Shown: positions 1 to 9,831 of the stretch, one piece after another
Numbering within the stretch: position 1 is the first letter of the stretch
Layout: every line of letters begins with the position of its first letter
Origin: Candidatus Bathyarchaeota archaeon
GTDB taxonomy: Archaea; Thermoproteota; Bathyarchaeia; Bathyarchaeales; Bathycorpusculaceae
Assembly: GCA_963717465.1 (NCBI GenBank)
Contig: OY970340.1
Span: 2,560,001 to 2,624,000, forward strand
Direction: 5' to 3'
DNA: 64,000 nt
Translations under genes and position numbers: made by a program
Notes under the pieces: generated by a model
The model's input: only the letters and a program-made list of their open reading frames with translations
What the model was told of the DNA's origin: nothing
Database searches by the model: none

Positions 1-2052
1 TTACTTTTCCATCTTGGTTTAAATCGGCTTGGTAGTATACTGTTAAGTTGGAGAAATTTTGGAGTCCGTTGTATGTTGCTGTGACTGCCCAGTTTCCCAT
101 GTTATCGGAGGTGTAATTGCCACTTGTCCATGAGCCACCAGCTCCAGAAGTTATGCTCCACAAGCACGATGCAGTGGCATCCCAAGAATTGCCATAACTA
201 TCGATTGCAGTGGTTGTATAAATTTGGCCGCAACCGGCATTTATTGAGGCGGTATCTGGGCTGATGGTGATGCTTTGAGCTGTTGCATGGTTAACGCTTA
301 AAGAGGTTGTGGATAGTAAATTGTTTAAAATGCCTGTGATTGTCCAGTTCCTGCTTTAGCTGCAGTATATGTGTTGCCTGTCCAGTTGCCGCCAGCCTGA
401 GGGTCAATATTCCAAGCTGTTGAGGTGGTTACATCCCACGAATTACCATAAGGGTCGTAGGCAGTGGCGTTGAAAAGTTGGCTTTGACCGGCAGTAATTG
501 ATGAGTTTTGAGGAGATATAGCTATGTTAGAGGCTGATGCATGCATAACGTTAAGCTGTGCAGTGCCTGAGGTGTTGCCTAATGAAGCGGTGATAGCCCA
601 AACCCCGGCCATGGCCGAAGTATACACGTTTCCTGACCAAGATCCGCCAGCACCAGCACTTGTACTCCAAGAAGTTGAATTAGTCACATCCCATGTGTTC
701 CCGTAAATGTCTGAGGCAGTTGCTGTAAAAGATATTGAAGAACCAGCAGATATTGAAGTATTGTGTGAAGAAATTGTGACGCTGTAAACGTTAGCATAGC
801 TTACGGTTAAAGTGGTCGTTCCAATTATACCCGAATAATTACCAGTTACTGTCCAAATGCCAGCTTTCACACATGAGTAAACATTCCCGCTCCATGCACC
901 GCCAGCTGCTGATGTTATACTCCATGATGTTGAACCTGTGACATCCCAAGTATTCCCATAGAAGTCGGAAGCGGTAGCAGTAAACGTTACCTGAGAGCCT
1001 GCTGCAAAGGTTGGATTAGTTGGGGTAATGGTTAGGTAAGATGGGGTGGAATGTGTTACGGTTAAGGAAGCAGTATCAGAATACCCTAGATAAGTTCCTG
1101 TTACGATCCAAGTTCCCACTTTGGCTGAGGTGTAAACATTATTTGACCAAGAACCGCCAGCATTTGCATCTATTTGCCAGTTTGTCAAATTAGTAACATC
1201 CCAGATATTACCAAAAGAATCTTGAGCAGTTGCTGTGAAAGTTACCGAGTTCCCAGCTGATACAGATGGGGTTTTTGGACTTAATGTTATGCTGATAGCT
1301 GTTGACGGATTAACCGTTAAAGACGCTTGGGCAACAAACGTTCCCTCATACGTTCCCTCGTATATCGCTGTGTAAACTGCTGTAACTGTAAAGGTTCCAG
1401 CCTTTGCGGATGTGAAAGTTGAGCCGGACCAAGTGCCTCCTGAACCGTAACTAACAAACCATTGAGTTGAACTGGAAACATCCCATGAGTTGCCAAAGCT
1501 GTCATCCGCTGTAGCGGTGTACGTTTGCTTAGAGCCAGCAGTGATAGTCGCAGTTTTTGGAGAGATTTGAAGTTGAACAGGTGTGGATGGAGTAACAGTT
1601 ATTTGACTGGATGTCGCTGACATAGATCCATCGGTAACTGTGATATTTTGGGAGCCAGCTGTAACCAGATTGAAACCTGAAAACGTATGCACACCGTTGT
1701 CGCCTGAACTACCAGTTGTGAAGGTATAGGTGCTCGTGGAGACATAGGGTAAGGTTGCTTTTGGATCACTTGATGTGAAATAAACTTTACCTGTGTAGTT
1801 AGTCCAGACCTGCCCGCTAGCATAATAAACCGTAACGGTTATGTCACTGAAACTTTGGCCAGCAGTAACAGAAGTTGGGCAACCGGTTATTGTAAAGTGA
1901 TAAGTTGCAGTAGCTGCCATGACAGTAGCGCCTTGAGGCGCAATTAAAGATTCACCTACGTAAATGGTTGACAACAATATTAAGAATAATAGTACAATAA
2001 CTCGTATAACATTCCTCATGGCAAGCCCTCGCTTTGCTAAGCTTCTTCTCAC
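1..2052 (-). CDS. Secreted Ig-like repeat surface protein with C-terminal dockerin start (frameshifted near 348; runs off left edge)
   Basis: Signal peptide, N-terminal Ig-like domain and five ~85-aa repeats (I(S/T)PxxxxIxAGxxxxFTATAxDxYGNxWDVT...W...GGxWSGxxYTxxKxGxWxVT). Adding one base near 348 continues into a sixth repeat and ...NLTVYYQADLNQDGKV at position 1. Confidence 0.8.
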
Positions 2053-2069
2053 ATTCTCTCTCTTTTCAT

Positions 2070-2100
2070 GAAAGCGGTGACTTGGGTATTTACCGCTTTC
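2070..2100. promoter_or_regulatory. 9-bp inverted repeat in the leader of the Ig-repeat gene
   Basis: GAAAGCGGT-N13-ACCGCTTTC, 18-48 nt upstream of the GTG at 2052; function unknown. Confidence 0.3.
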
Positions 2101-2192
2101 CTACTTAGTATAAGGGGAGTCTAGTATGAGATTATGAGAAAAATAGTCACCACATAGAAATATAAAAAAATAAATAGACTATATTTGCCGAT

Positions 2193-2780
2193 TTAGCTAT
2201 ATTTCGATTGGGCAAATGCGACATATGCATGTACGTATATTTGAAGGTCTGTGAAGTCGATTTTTCCGTCGTTGTTCAGGTCGCAAGCTTGGGTGGCTGG
2301 AGTGAGCGCATGTATTTGGTTGTAGTTTATGTAGGCCTTAACAAAGTAAACTGTGTCTTGGAAGTTTACATTTCCGTCATGGTTAAAGTCCAAGTTGTAT
2401 AACGTTAAGCTGATTGTAGAACTGCTGGCTCCATTGTTTGTGTCACCGTTATAGTTGGCTGTTATTGTTACGTTGCCTGTTTGGGTATCATTGTAAGTGA
2501 CAGATGATTGCCCGGCAGTTACTTGTGTTGTTGTACTGTTGAATTCGCCTGTGGTACTATTTGTCGCCCATGTTATGGTGCCAGTAGGGTTTGTTCCGGT
2601 TATGGTGGCGGTTAAGGTAATTGTCGAATTGGCGTTAAGGTATAAGGGATTGCAGTAACACGAAATTTGGGTGCTACTTGCTGCTTGTTCAGTCGCTGCG
2701 GCGAAATGGTTTAATGAAATTACAGGGATACTTAAAAAAAGAAGCAAGAATATTGCCGTTGTAATTATTTTGTTTTTCAT
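2193..2780 (-). CDS. Secreted Ig-like domain protein with C-terminal dockerin-like module
   Basis: Signal peptide; Thr-rich Ig-like domain (VTITANYNGDTNN); duplicated EF-hand loops DFNHDGNVNFQD and DLNNDGKIDFTD, each followed by an amphipathic helix. Confidence 0.85.
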   Translation of the reverse strand: MKNKIITTAIFLLLFLSIPVISLNHFAAATEQAASSTQISCYCNPLYLNANSTITLTATITGTNPTGTITWATNSTTGEFNSTTTQVTAGQSSVTYNDTQTGNVTITANYNGDTNNGASSSTISLTLYNLDFNHDGNVNFQDTVYFVKAYINYNQIHALTPATQACDLNNDGKIDFTDLQIYVHAYVAFAQSKYS

Positions 2781-2944
2781 TTTATTTTTTCTCCGATGTA
2801 TGTCAAGAGTGTTGAATCAATATTTGATATTTGTCGCTATAGAAAAATGGTATCAAGTAGTTTCGCTTAAACGCTATTTAGATAATAGGTCTAAAAAGCT
2901 TAAAACTAAATAGCTTATATGACTGATTTTAAGACTATGATTCA

Positions 2945-4489
2945 TTAGGGATTGATTAGAAAATTTGCTGCTGACTCAGGCGATAATGGAGCGGAAGAGT
3001 TTGTGAGCAAACAAACATACGCCGTTGCTTCTCCTGGGAATGCCCATAACGGGATAGTGACGGCGGCATCTATAATGGTGAGGTTTCCGCCCAGTTGAGT
3101 TATCGGTATAGTTGAAGAGGCGATAGGTACACTTGCGTTGTCAAATATTGTGATACACAACCCGGTGAACGGCGCAATCATATCATCGTTGTTTATAGTA
3201 AGTTGTATGGACATTGTTTCGCCTACGTTAACACTAGTAGGGATGGTAATATTTTCGACTTCGCTAAGATAAGTAAAAGTGAAGCTTTCGGTATCGCTTA
3301 CGGGTGCTATTTGACCTAGAACTGTAGCTGATGCTGTTATGGACCAATTTCCAAACAAGTTTTCCGTTGGGTTAGGGTCAGGAAGTCTAAAGTTGGTATA
3401 TGCTATGCCTGTTCCATTTGTAACGTTGCTTACAGTAGATATAAGCGAGCCGTTCGGGCATTGTATACTAAAATCCACGAGGGCACCTGGCACGGAAACA
3501 TTCTGGTCAGTAGCCAACCCATAAATTTGAACAAGTTGCAAAGGTCCATACGTATCGGCATCAGTGAAAACTTGGAGATTGAATGATTGAACCACGTTTA
3601 TTATTGCACTCGCACTATCCGCGGTATCATTGGCGGTGATTATCAGTATTATACGAAAGGTGCCTTCAACCGAAGCGTTAAATGTTGTAATTTCGCCGGT
3701 TAAAGATGTAAATGTTGTTCCGTTGAGGTACTCGACACCCCATAAGTAGTCGGTTATGTTGAGGGTTTGATTATTTTCATATCCTGGCTGTGACGAGTTT
3801 GCATTTAATGTTACGGTTGAACCTATCAAGAAAATTGATCCGTCAGCTGGAGAGAACCTGGCTACTGGATTCTGGATTGATGAATTTTGCGAAGGAGACG
3901 ACGAAACAAAAATTGCGTTTGCGTAGGCAAATCCTGTGGATGTTCCAGTTGGATAGATATTTCCGATTGTCGGAGATACCAAATAGAACAATTGACCTGA
4001 GGGACTAATATCGAAAGTAATGTTGCTTTGACCACTGCCGATGACCTGGAAAATAATTTGCCCTAAGACCACGTCGTTATCTGGTTCAATAGTGGCAGAT
4101 GCATTAGCTGTATCCAAGATTGTTTGAGCAAAGTCATATTCTGAACTATTAACTGCAACATCAGTAGATACAAGGTGACTGCCCCAACATGAACCATCTG
4201 CAGTGGAAACAATATCAAGAACTGCAGGATTGTAAATTACGCCGTATGTTGCACCATCGATACCGCCTGAAACAAAACTCGCATTATCCAACCTCACATC
4301 AACAGTAAACTGCGAGCCAATCGCAGCCTGAGGTATATAGGATGTTACAGATGACCCAGCATCACCAGTTGGCACAATACTAAGCACAGGCGTTGTACCA
4401 CTCTCGTCAGCTTTGATTTGATAAGCAAAGAATATAGAGAAGCCTATGATCAGTAGCATGCCTAAGCAAATAACACATTTCCGTTTCAT
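2945..4489 (-). CDS. Secreted cohesin + PKD-like + shared C-terminal beta-sandwich module protein
   Basis: Signal peptide; cohesin pattern GSQFTVDVRL...YNPAVLDIVS...VLGQIIFQVIGSGQSNITF; PKD-like PVARF...VTLNANSS...ITDYLW; C-terminal IPLWAFPGEATAYV motif; no TM anchor. Confidence 0.8.
   Translation of the reverse strand: MKRKCVICLGMLLIIGFSIFFAYQIKADESGTTPVLSIVPTGDAGSSVTSYIPQAAIGSQFTVDVRLDNASFVSGGIDGATYGVIYNPAVLDIVSTADGSCWGSHLVSTDVAVNSSEYDFAQTILDTANASATIEPDNDVVLGQIIFQVIGSGQSNITFDISPSGQLFYLVSPTIGNIYPTGTSTGFAYANAIFVSSSPSQNSSIQNPVARFSPADGSIFLIGSTVTLNANSSQPGYENNQTLNITDYLWGVEYLNGTTFTSLTGEITTFNASVEGTFRIILIITANDTADSASAIINVVQSFNLQVFTDADTYGPLQLVQIYGLATDQNVSVPGALVDFSIQCPNGSLISTVSNVTNGTGIAYTNFRLPDPNPTENLFGNWSITASATVLGQIAPVSDTESFTFTYLSEVENITIPTSVNVGETMSIQLTINNDDMIAPFTGLCITIFDNASVPIASSTIPITQLGGNLTIIDAAVTIPLWAFPGEATAYVCLLTNSSAPLSPESAANFLINP
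3920..4411. repeat. Cohesin-coding DNA repeat, copy A
   Basis: Nearly identical to 5422-5913 (offset 1502), with long exact runs. Confidence 0.9.
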
Positions 4490-4653
4490 TTAGGGAACCC
4501 CCTCTGACGTTCTTTTTATTAAATTGGTTACCGATGCGTGGAGTGCGTGGCTTGCTGTTTTTGAGTGTAAGAAATTGATAAGCCTAACATCCCAAGTAAA
4601 AGTGTTGCCTAGGAATTCTTTTTTAGACATGTTTTGTCTTCCGTTTTGATATT

Positions 4654-5994
4654 TTAAGCTGTAATTTGGAAGTTTGCTGTTTGTTGTGGGCAAACAGGAA
4701 CGCCTCCAGTAAGGGGATTTTGTGTTAGGACGTTAACGTATATTGTTGCTGTTCCTGTAAAAGCCCATGTTGGAATGGATATCTGGGTTGTAAATGTATT
4801 TCCTGTTATGCAGTTGGAGTTTATCAGGACGGTGCTTATGGGGACGCTTGCATTGTCATATACGGTAATAGAGACAATCGACCAAGTTGAGTTTTCGAGG
4901 TTTGGTAGAGTTATACTGACAGACATTGTAGACCCTCTGGCAATGGTCGCTGGTAAGGTGATGCCGATTTGAGTGGTTACAACTGTATTATACGTGAAAT
5001 AGACTGTATCGCTTGCGACGACTTGAGCAACTTGCACTGAGGCAAGAACTGACCATATTCCAAAATTGTTAGTGCCGTTATCAGGTGTTCTATACGATTG
5101 ATATGCGATTCCTGATGAGTTTGTTAATGATGATGTGATGGATATAATTGTTCCATTCGGATCACAAACCGTGAATACAACCTGCTCGGGATTTGTTACG
5201 GGTTTACCGTTCTCTGTTACAAGAGCATACAATTGTATTAATTCACCTGGAACGAAGCCGGGGCTTGTCGCGTTGGGTCCTATTCCGCCTTTATTGGTAA
5301 ATACATCAATGGCGACAGATGGACTTGGCGAAGGAGACGGACTCGGAGAAGGAGAAGGGCTTGCAGATGGACTTGGCGAAGGAGACGGACTCGGAGAAGG
5401 AGAAGCGTTGTAAATTGCGTTTGCATAGATAAACCCTGAAGGTGCCCCAGTTGGATAGATGTTTCCAGTTGTCGGAGATGACAAATAGAACAATTGACCT
5501 GAGGGACTAATATCGAAAGTAATGTTGCTTTGACCACTGCCGATGACCTGGAAAATAATTTGCCCTAAGACCACGTCGTTATCTGGTTCAATAGTGGCAG
5601 ATGCATTAGCTGTATTCAGGATCGATTGAGCAAAGTCATATTCTGAACTATTAACTGCAACATCAGTAGATACAAGGTGACTGCCCCAACATGAACCGTC
5701 AGCAGTGGAAACAATATCAAGAACTGCAGGATTGTAAATTACGCCGTATGTTGCACCATCGATACCGCCTGAAACAAAACTCGCATTATCCAACCTCACA
5801 TCAACAGTAAACTGCGAGCCAATCGCAGCCTGAGGTATATAGGATGTTACAGATGACCCAGCATCACCAGTTGGCACAATACTAAGCACAGGCGTCGTGC
5901 CACTTTCGTCAGCCGCAATCAGATGAATAAAAGAGAACACAGAAAAAATTATAACTACTATTACAGCTAAAGCAAAGATGATTTTCCGTTTCAT
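4654..5994 (-). CDS. Secreted cohesin + Ser/Pro linker + shared C-terminal module protein
   Basis: Signal peptide; cohesin almost identical to that of 2945-4489; (SP)n linker; IDVFTNKGGIGPN...IPTWAFTGTATIYVN...GGVPVCPQ. Confidence 0.8.
   Translation of the reverse strand: MKRKIIFALAVIVVIIFSVFSFIHLIAADESGTTPVLSIVPTGDAGSSVTSYIPQAAIGSQFTVDVRLDNASFVSGGIDGATYGVIYNPAVLDIVSTADGSCWGSHLVSTDVAVNSSEYDFAQSILNTANASATIEPDNDVVLGQIIFQVIGSGQSNITFDISPSGQLFYLSSPTTGNIYPTGAPSGFIYANAIYNASPSPSPSPSPSPSASPSPSPSPSPSPSPSVAIDVFTNKGGIGPNATSPGFVPGELIQLYALVTENGKPVTNPEQVVFTVCDPNGTIISITSSLTNSSGIAYQSYRTPDNGTNNFGIWSVLASVQVAQVVASDTVYFTYNTVVTTQIGITLPATIARGSTMSVSITLPNLENSTWSIVSITVYDNASVPISTVLINSNCITGNTFTTQISIPTWAFTGTATIYVNVLTQNPLTGGVPVCPQQTANFQITA
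5316..5405. repeat. Tandem duplication encoding Ser/Pro linker
   Basis: 42-nt unit cagatggacttggcgaaggagacggactcggagaaggagaag at 5316-5357 and 5364-5405 (period 48). Confidence 0.9.
5422..5980. repeat. Cohesin/signal-peptide DNA repeat, copy B
   Basis: 5422-5913 matches copy A; 5764-5980 matches 6761-6977 (offset 997). Confidence 0.9.
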
Positions 5995-6257
5995 TCAAGA
6001 GTCTCCTGTTTGACAAAGGAGGCTTTGCCGAAGGTGAATTTTACCAGACATAACCAATTTATGGTATCTATTGGCAGATTGAAGCCTCTCCCTTTGGTTG
6101 GAGAGTAATTGGCTGTTAACTATTTTACCTTAGCCAAATAGAATATGTAGACAATATAGTTTAATTTTAAACTCGTTTTCATGTTGTTTCGTGGAGTAGC
6201 TAGTAAGCTATTTTTTGATAGGCAATAGTTTGAGTTTTAGGTTGTTTATTGATTTAG
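5995..6257 (-). repeat. Duplicated, diverged upstream region (paralogous to 6992-7233)
   Basis: Collinear shared blocks aagagtctcct, cagacataa, tattttaccttagcca-atagaatatgta, aatatagttta and gtttgagttttaggttg-ttattgattt. Confidence 0.8.
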
Positions 6258-6274
6258 CCCATCTTAAATTGAGT

Positions 6275-6991
6275 TTATTTTCTGCGATTTTTTTTACTTT
6301 TTTTGTTTTTAGTTAATACCAGTAAGATGGCTACGGCGATAATTATTGCTGGTATGGCAAAGAGGGCTATGGATTCTAAGAGGTTTGAAGATGATGCTCC
6401 TTTGGCATAAATTGCGCCTGCAGTGATTAATCCTTGAGCTGTACCTATGTCTTGACCTGATGGAGTAGCGATATAGAGCAAGTTGTTTCCGCTAAGATCA
6501 AAGAATATGTTGCTTTGACCAGTGCCAACAACTTGGAAAGTGATCTGGCCTAAGACTACCGCGTTATATGGCTCAATAGTGGCCGAAGCATTGGTTGTAT
6601 TCACGATTATTTGGTTGAAGCTAAAGCATGAATCATTATTTTGTGGGAAGACGTCAGCGAAAATGGCGCTGTCATTGCCGCCCCAGCATGCCCCATCTGA
6701 ACTGGAGACAAATTTTAGAACTGAAGGGTTCCAGGTAACAGCGTAAGTTGCGCCGCTGACACCGCCTGAAACAAAACTCGCATTATCCAATCTAATATCA
6801 ACAGTAAACTGCGAGCCAATCGCAGCCTGAGGTATATAGGATGTTACAGATGACCCAGCATCACCAGTTGGCACAATACTAAGCACAGGCGTCGTGCCAC
6901 TTTCGTCAGCCGCAATCAGATGAATAAAAGAGAACACAGAAAAAATTATAACCACTATTACAGCTAAAGCAAAGATGCTCTTGTGTCTCAT
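6275..6991 (-). CDS. Membrane-anchored single-cohesin protein
   Basis: Signal peptide, one cohesin (FTVDIRL...WNPSVLKFVS...LGQITFQVVGTGQSNI), C-terminal TM helix and basic tail KNKKSKKNRRK. Confidence 0.85.
   Translation of the reverse strand: MRHKSIFALAVIVVIIFSVFSFIHLIAADESGTTPVLSIVPTGDAGSSVTSYIPQAAIGSQFTVDIRLDNASFVSGGVSGATYAVTWNPSVLKFVSSSDGACWGGNDSAIFADVFPQNNDSCFSFNQIIVNTTNASATIEPYNAVVLGQITFQVVGTGQSNIFFDLSGNNLLYIATPSGQDIGTAQGLITAGAIYAKGASSSNLLESIALFAIPAIIIAVAILLVLTKNKKSKKNRRK
6761..6977. repeat. Signal peptide/cohesin N-terminal DNA repeat, copy C
   Basis: Near-identical to 5764-5980. Confidence 0.9.
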
Positions 6992-7238
6992 CTAAGAGTC
7001 TCCTTTTTAACTAAAAGGTCAAAGGCGAATTTCATCAGACATAATCTAGCGACAGAATTTTTTGGCATATTCAGTCCTCTCCCCTTTGGGAAAAGATGGA
7101 TCGTTAAATTATTTTACCTTAGCCATATAGAATATGTAAAAAATATAGTTTATTTTGGCTGTATTTTTGCTTGTGATTAGCAAGTTATTGTTTGATAGGC
7201 TATGGTTTGAGTTTTAGGTTGCTTATTGATTTGGCGAT

Positions 7239-8396
7239 TTAAAAAAAGTTAATTTTTGGGGTTTTTCTTTTTTTATTTAACATTATCGCTATGGCTATGA
7301 CAATAATTATTGCTGCTGCGATTGGCAAAATTATGAATTCTATGAGGTTTGAAGAGTTGCCTTTTGTTGTGTCGGGTGTGTCAGTTGGCGATGCTGTTGT
7401 TGTTGGTGATGGCGTTGGTGTTGGCGTAGATAGTTGATTTGTTCTGCCGACTACAAGTGAAGTCCCATTCAAGGCTGCTGCTGGAATATTTCCTGTAACT
7501 GTATCTGGCGAAGTAAACATAGTAGCGACTAATACCCAGTTGATCCCATTCCAGTACTCAATCTGGCTGAGGCTGTTGAATGCTTGGTTTGTTATGCTGA
7601 CTTTTGCGTTGACATTTGAGCTCAAGGCTCCGCTGCTGGAGGTAACAGTTACATCGTAAAAGACTGCGTCGTTAAGGGATACGGGGTTTGTACCCGATGG
7701 CTGAGTGCTTTCATAGTTGGTTGAGGTAACAGTGACTTGCGCGCCATTGGGAAGTGTAGATAAGGAACCGGTGATTGTAACGCTGACACCTGTTGTTGCC
7801 GATTCGTCTACAATTGCCGAATTATTGCTGACCGGTATTGTTTCAGTAGTGGTGGTTGCTACTGTTATGGTTGCGTTGACTGCCGTGCTTGGCATGGCTT
7901 GTGTGTCGATGGTGTTGTAAATGTTTGTTTGACCGAACGTTATTTGTGATGTTCCTATTTGGAGTACGGTGAATGTTAGTGTTAACAGAACGCCGCTGCC
8001 ACTTACGCCTGCTTCTGCGTATGTTCCGTTAGGCAGTTCGTATTGTGCATCTGCTACTTCTGAAATGTATCCTTGGTAAATAGTTTGGTAGGAGGGGACT
8101 GGAGCAGAGACGAATATAGTTTTTCCTGCTTGTTGGAGGAACGGACCTTCAGTAACACTTGTCAGGTTGAGCATTGATGGATTGAATGTTATATTTTCTA
8201 GGTCCCATGACCAAAGGTCTTGAACGTTGTTTATTGTAATGTTAGCTTGTATGCTGTTCCCTATGTTTGCGTTGATATTTTGTGTGTTGGAGTCAACTGT
8301 TATTGTGGGTGTTGTGGTTGCTTGGGTAATGTTGATTGTGTAAGCGCTTGTTAGTATGAGTACAACTAAAAACAAGGCTACTATAAATTTTTTCAT
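7239..8396 (-). CDS. Membrane-anchored cohesin protein (second cohesin class) with extra beta domain and Thr/Pro linker
   Basis: IQANITINNVQDLWSW...FNPSMLNLTSVTEGPFL...GSGVLLTLTFTVLQIGTSQITF; PT-rich linker; C-terminal TM and basic tail. Confidence 0.85.
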   Translation of the reverse strand: MKKFIVALFLVVLILTSAYTINITQATTTPTITVDSNTQNINANIGNSIQANITINNVQDLWSWDLENITFNPSMLNLTSVTEGPFLQQAGKTIFVSAPVPSYQTIYQGYISEVADAQYELPNGTYAEAGVSGSGVLLTLTFTVLQIGTSQITFGQTNIYNTIDTQAMPSTAVNATITVATTTTETIPVSNNSAIVDESATTGVSVTITGSLSTLPNGAQVTVTSTNYESTQPSGTNPVSLNDAVFYDVTVTSSSGALSSNVNAKVSITNQAFNSLSQIEYWNGINWVLVATMFTSPDTVTGNIPAAALNGTSLVVGRTNQLSTPTPTPSPTTTASPTDTPDTTKGNSSNLIEFIILPIAAAIIIVIAIAIMLNKKRKTPKINFF

Positions 8397-8438
8397 GCGT
8401 TATTCCTCTCCCTTTGTTTTCTATTGTTTGGGTGCGGT

Positions 8439-8487
8439 TATTCAGGGTATCGAAAATAGTGTATTGAGTTCTGTGTTATCTATATAG
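8439..8487 (-). promoter_or_regulatory. Conserved upstream element shared with 10951-11001
   Basis: tattcagggtatcgaaaatagtgtattgag vs tatttagcgtatccgaaatattatattgag (24/30 identical), both flanked by CTATATAG at similar distance from the start codons. Confidence 0.55.
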
Positions 8488-8528
8488 AAAGAGAAAACCT
8501 TTGGTTTGGAGGGTTTGGATTAGGGTGG

Positions 8529-9824
8529 TTATTTTTTTCTTAGCCAGAAAGTTGATCCGCCTACCGCTAGGATGGTAACGATTATTATTATTCCTAGGTC
8601 CAGTGGTGCCAGATCAATGTTGGATGTCGAATCTGAACTGTATCCAGTTGATGAAGAGGGAACGTAAATGTTGTAGGTTGTGGTATCTGTGAGGTTTTCA
8701 GGATCAACGACTGTTAAGGTTACGTTGTAGTGACCGCCTGTGGAGAATGTATATGTTCCGTTTATGCCGCTGAAGGACTTCTGGGCATATTCAGACCCAA
8801 GGCTATCAAGATTTGTAATAGTCCATAGGTATTGTGTTATGGTTATGTTGTTTGTTTCACTACTTTGTGAGCCGTCTAAGGTCACTGTTTGGTTTAATTG
8901 GATAGTTTCTCCCTGAGTTATTCCTGTGATGACGGCGTTGGGTGTGGAGGTGTTTTGAACTATTATAGTTATGTTAGCGGTGCTGATGCCGTTTGAATCG
9001 GTGACGGTTAATGTAACGTTGTATATGCCTATCGTGTTGAAGGTCCAGGTTACCGTTTTGTTATTGCCTATCATTGTTTGTGATGTCCCATTGTTAAATG
9101 TCCATGTGTAATTGGCGTTGGGGTCTGCTGAAAATGATTGTGTGCCGTTTAATGTGACTGGGGTTCCGGCGGTTACTGTTTGTGAGGGTCCGGCGTTTGC
9201 TGTTGGCTTTCCGCAGTTGCATGAGACTACTGCATTTGTAAAAGTAAATCCTGTTGGATTGCTGTCAGAAAGGGGGTATATGTTTGTTGGCAGATAACTG
9301 GTCGGGGATGATAAATAGAACAGGATGTTTCCGCTATTGTCGAAAGCTATGTTGCTTTGTCCACCGCCAATAACTTGGAAGGTGATTTGTCCTAAGACTA
9401 CCGCGTTGTCTGGTTCAATTGTGGCTAATGGATTGGCTGTATCCATGATTGATTGGGCGAAATCGAATTCTGAATTATTAAGTGCAACATCGGTAAATGC
9501 ACTTTTGCTCCCCCAGCATGCACCATCTGCGGTGGAAACCATTTCAAGAATTGCAGGATTCCAGGTGATTCCGTAAGTTGCGCCACTGATGCCTGCTGTG
9601 ATGCTTTGGGCATTGTCAAGTCGGATGTCTACTGTGAACTGGGAGCCAATAGTATTTTCTTGAAAGTTGTTGTTGTTTGTTGTTCCTGAAAGAACGATGC
9701 TTAATGTTGGTGTTTGCTGTGTTTGGGCTTTTGTTATATTTGTTGTAGAGATTAGAATTAAGGTTAGGGTTAAGAGTGTTAGTAGTAGGATGATTGGGGT
9801 TTCTTTCTTTTTGTTTTTTTTCAT
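8529..9824 (-). CDS. Membrane-anchored cohesin + two PKD domain protein
   Basis: Cohesin related to copies A-C; PKD motifs PTANAGPSQTV...YTWTF...GIYNVTLTVTD and VTLDGSQS...GHYNVTLTVVD; C-terminal TM and RKK. Confidence 0.85.
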   Translation of the reverse strand: MKKNKKKETPIILLLTLLTLTLILISTTNITKAQTQQTPTLSIVLSGTTNNNNFQENTIGSQFTVDIRLDNAQSITAGISGATYGITWNPAILEMVSTADGACWGSKSAFTDVALNNSEFDFAQSIMDTANPLATIEPDNAVVLGQITFQVIGGGQSNIAFDNSGNILFYLSSPTSYLPTNIYPLSDSNPTGFTFTNAVVSCNCGKPTANAGPSQTVTAGTPVTLNGTQSFSADPNANYTWTFNNGTSQTMIGNNKTVTWTFNTIGIYNVTLTVTDSNGISTANITIIVQNTSTPNAVITGITQGETIQLNQTVTLDGSQSSETNNITITQYLWTITNLDSLGSEYAQKSFSGINGTYTFSTGGHYNVTLTVVDPENLTDTTTYNIYVPSSSTGYSSDSTSNIDLAPLDLGIIIIVTILAVGGSTFWLRKK

Positions 9825-9831
9825 TTTGTTT

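Noticed and set aside
5316..5405. CRISPR-like repeat
   Set aside because: Only two units, a 6-nt gap, and it encodes an in-frame Ser/Pro linker; no cas genes.
3920..6977. Diversity-generating retroelement TR/VR pair or IS copies
   Set aside because: All copies are coding, the differences are not adenine-specific, and no reverse transcriptase or transposase is present.
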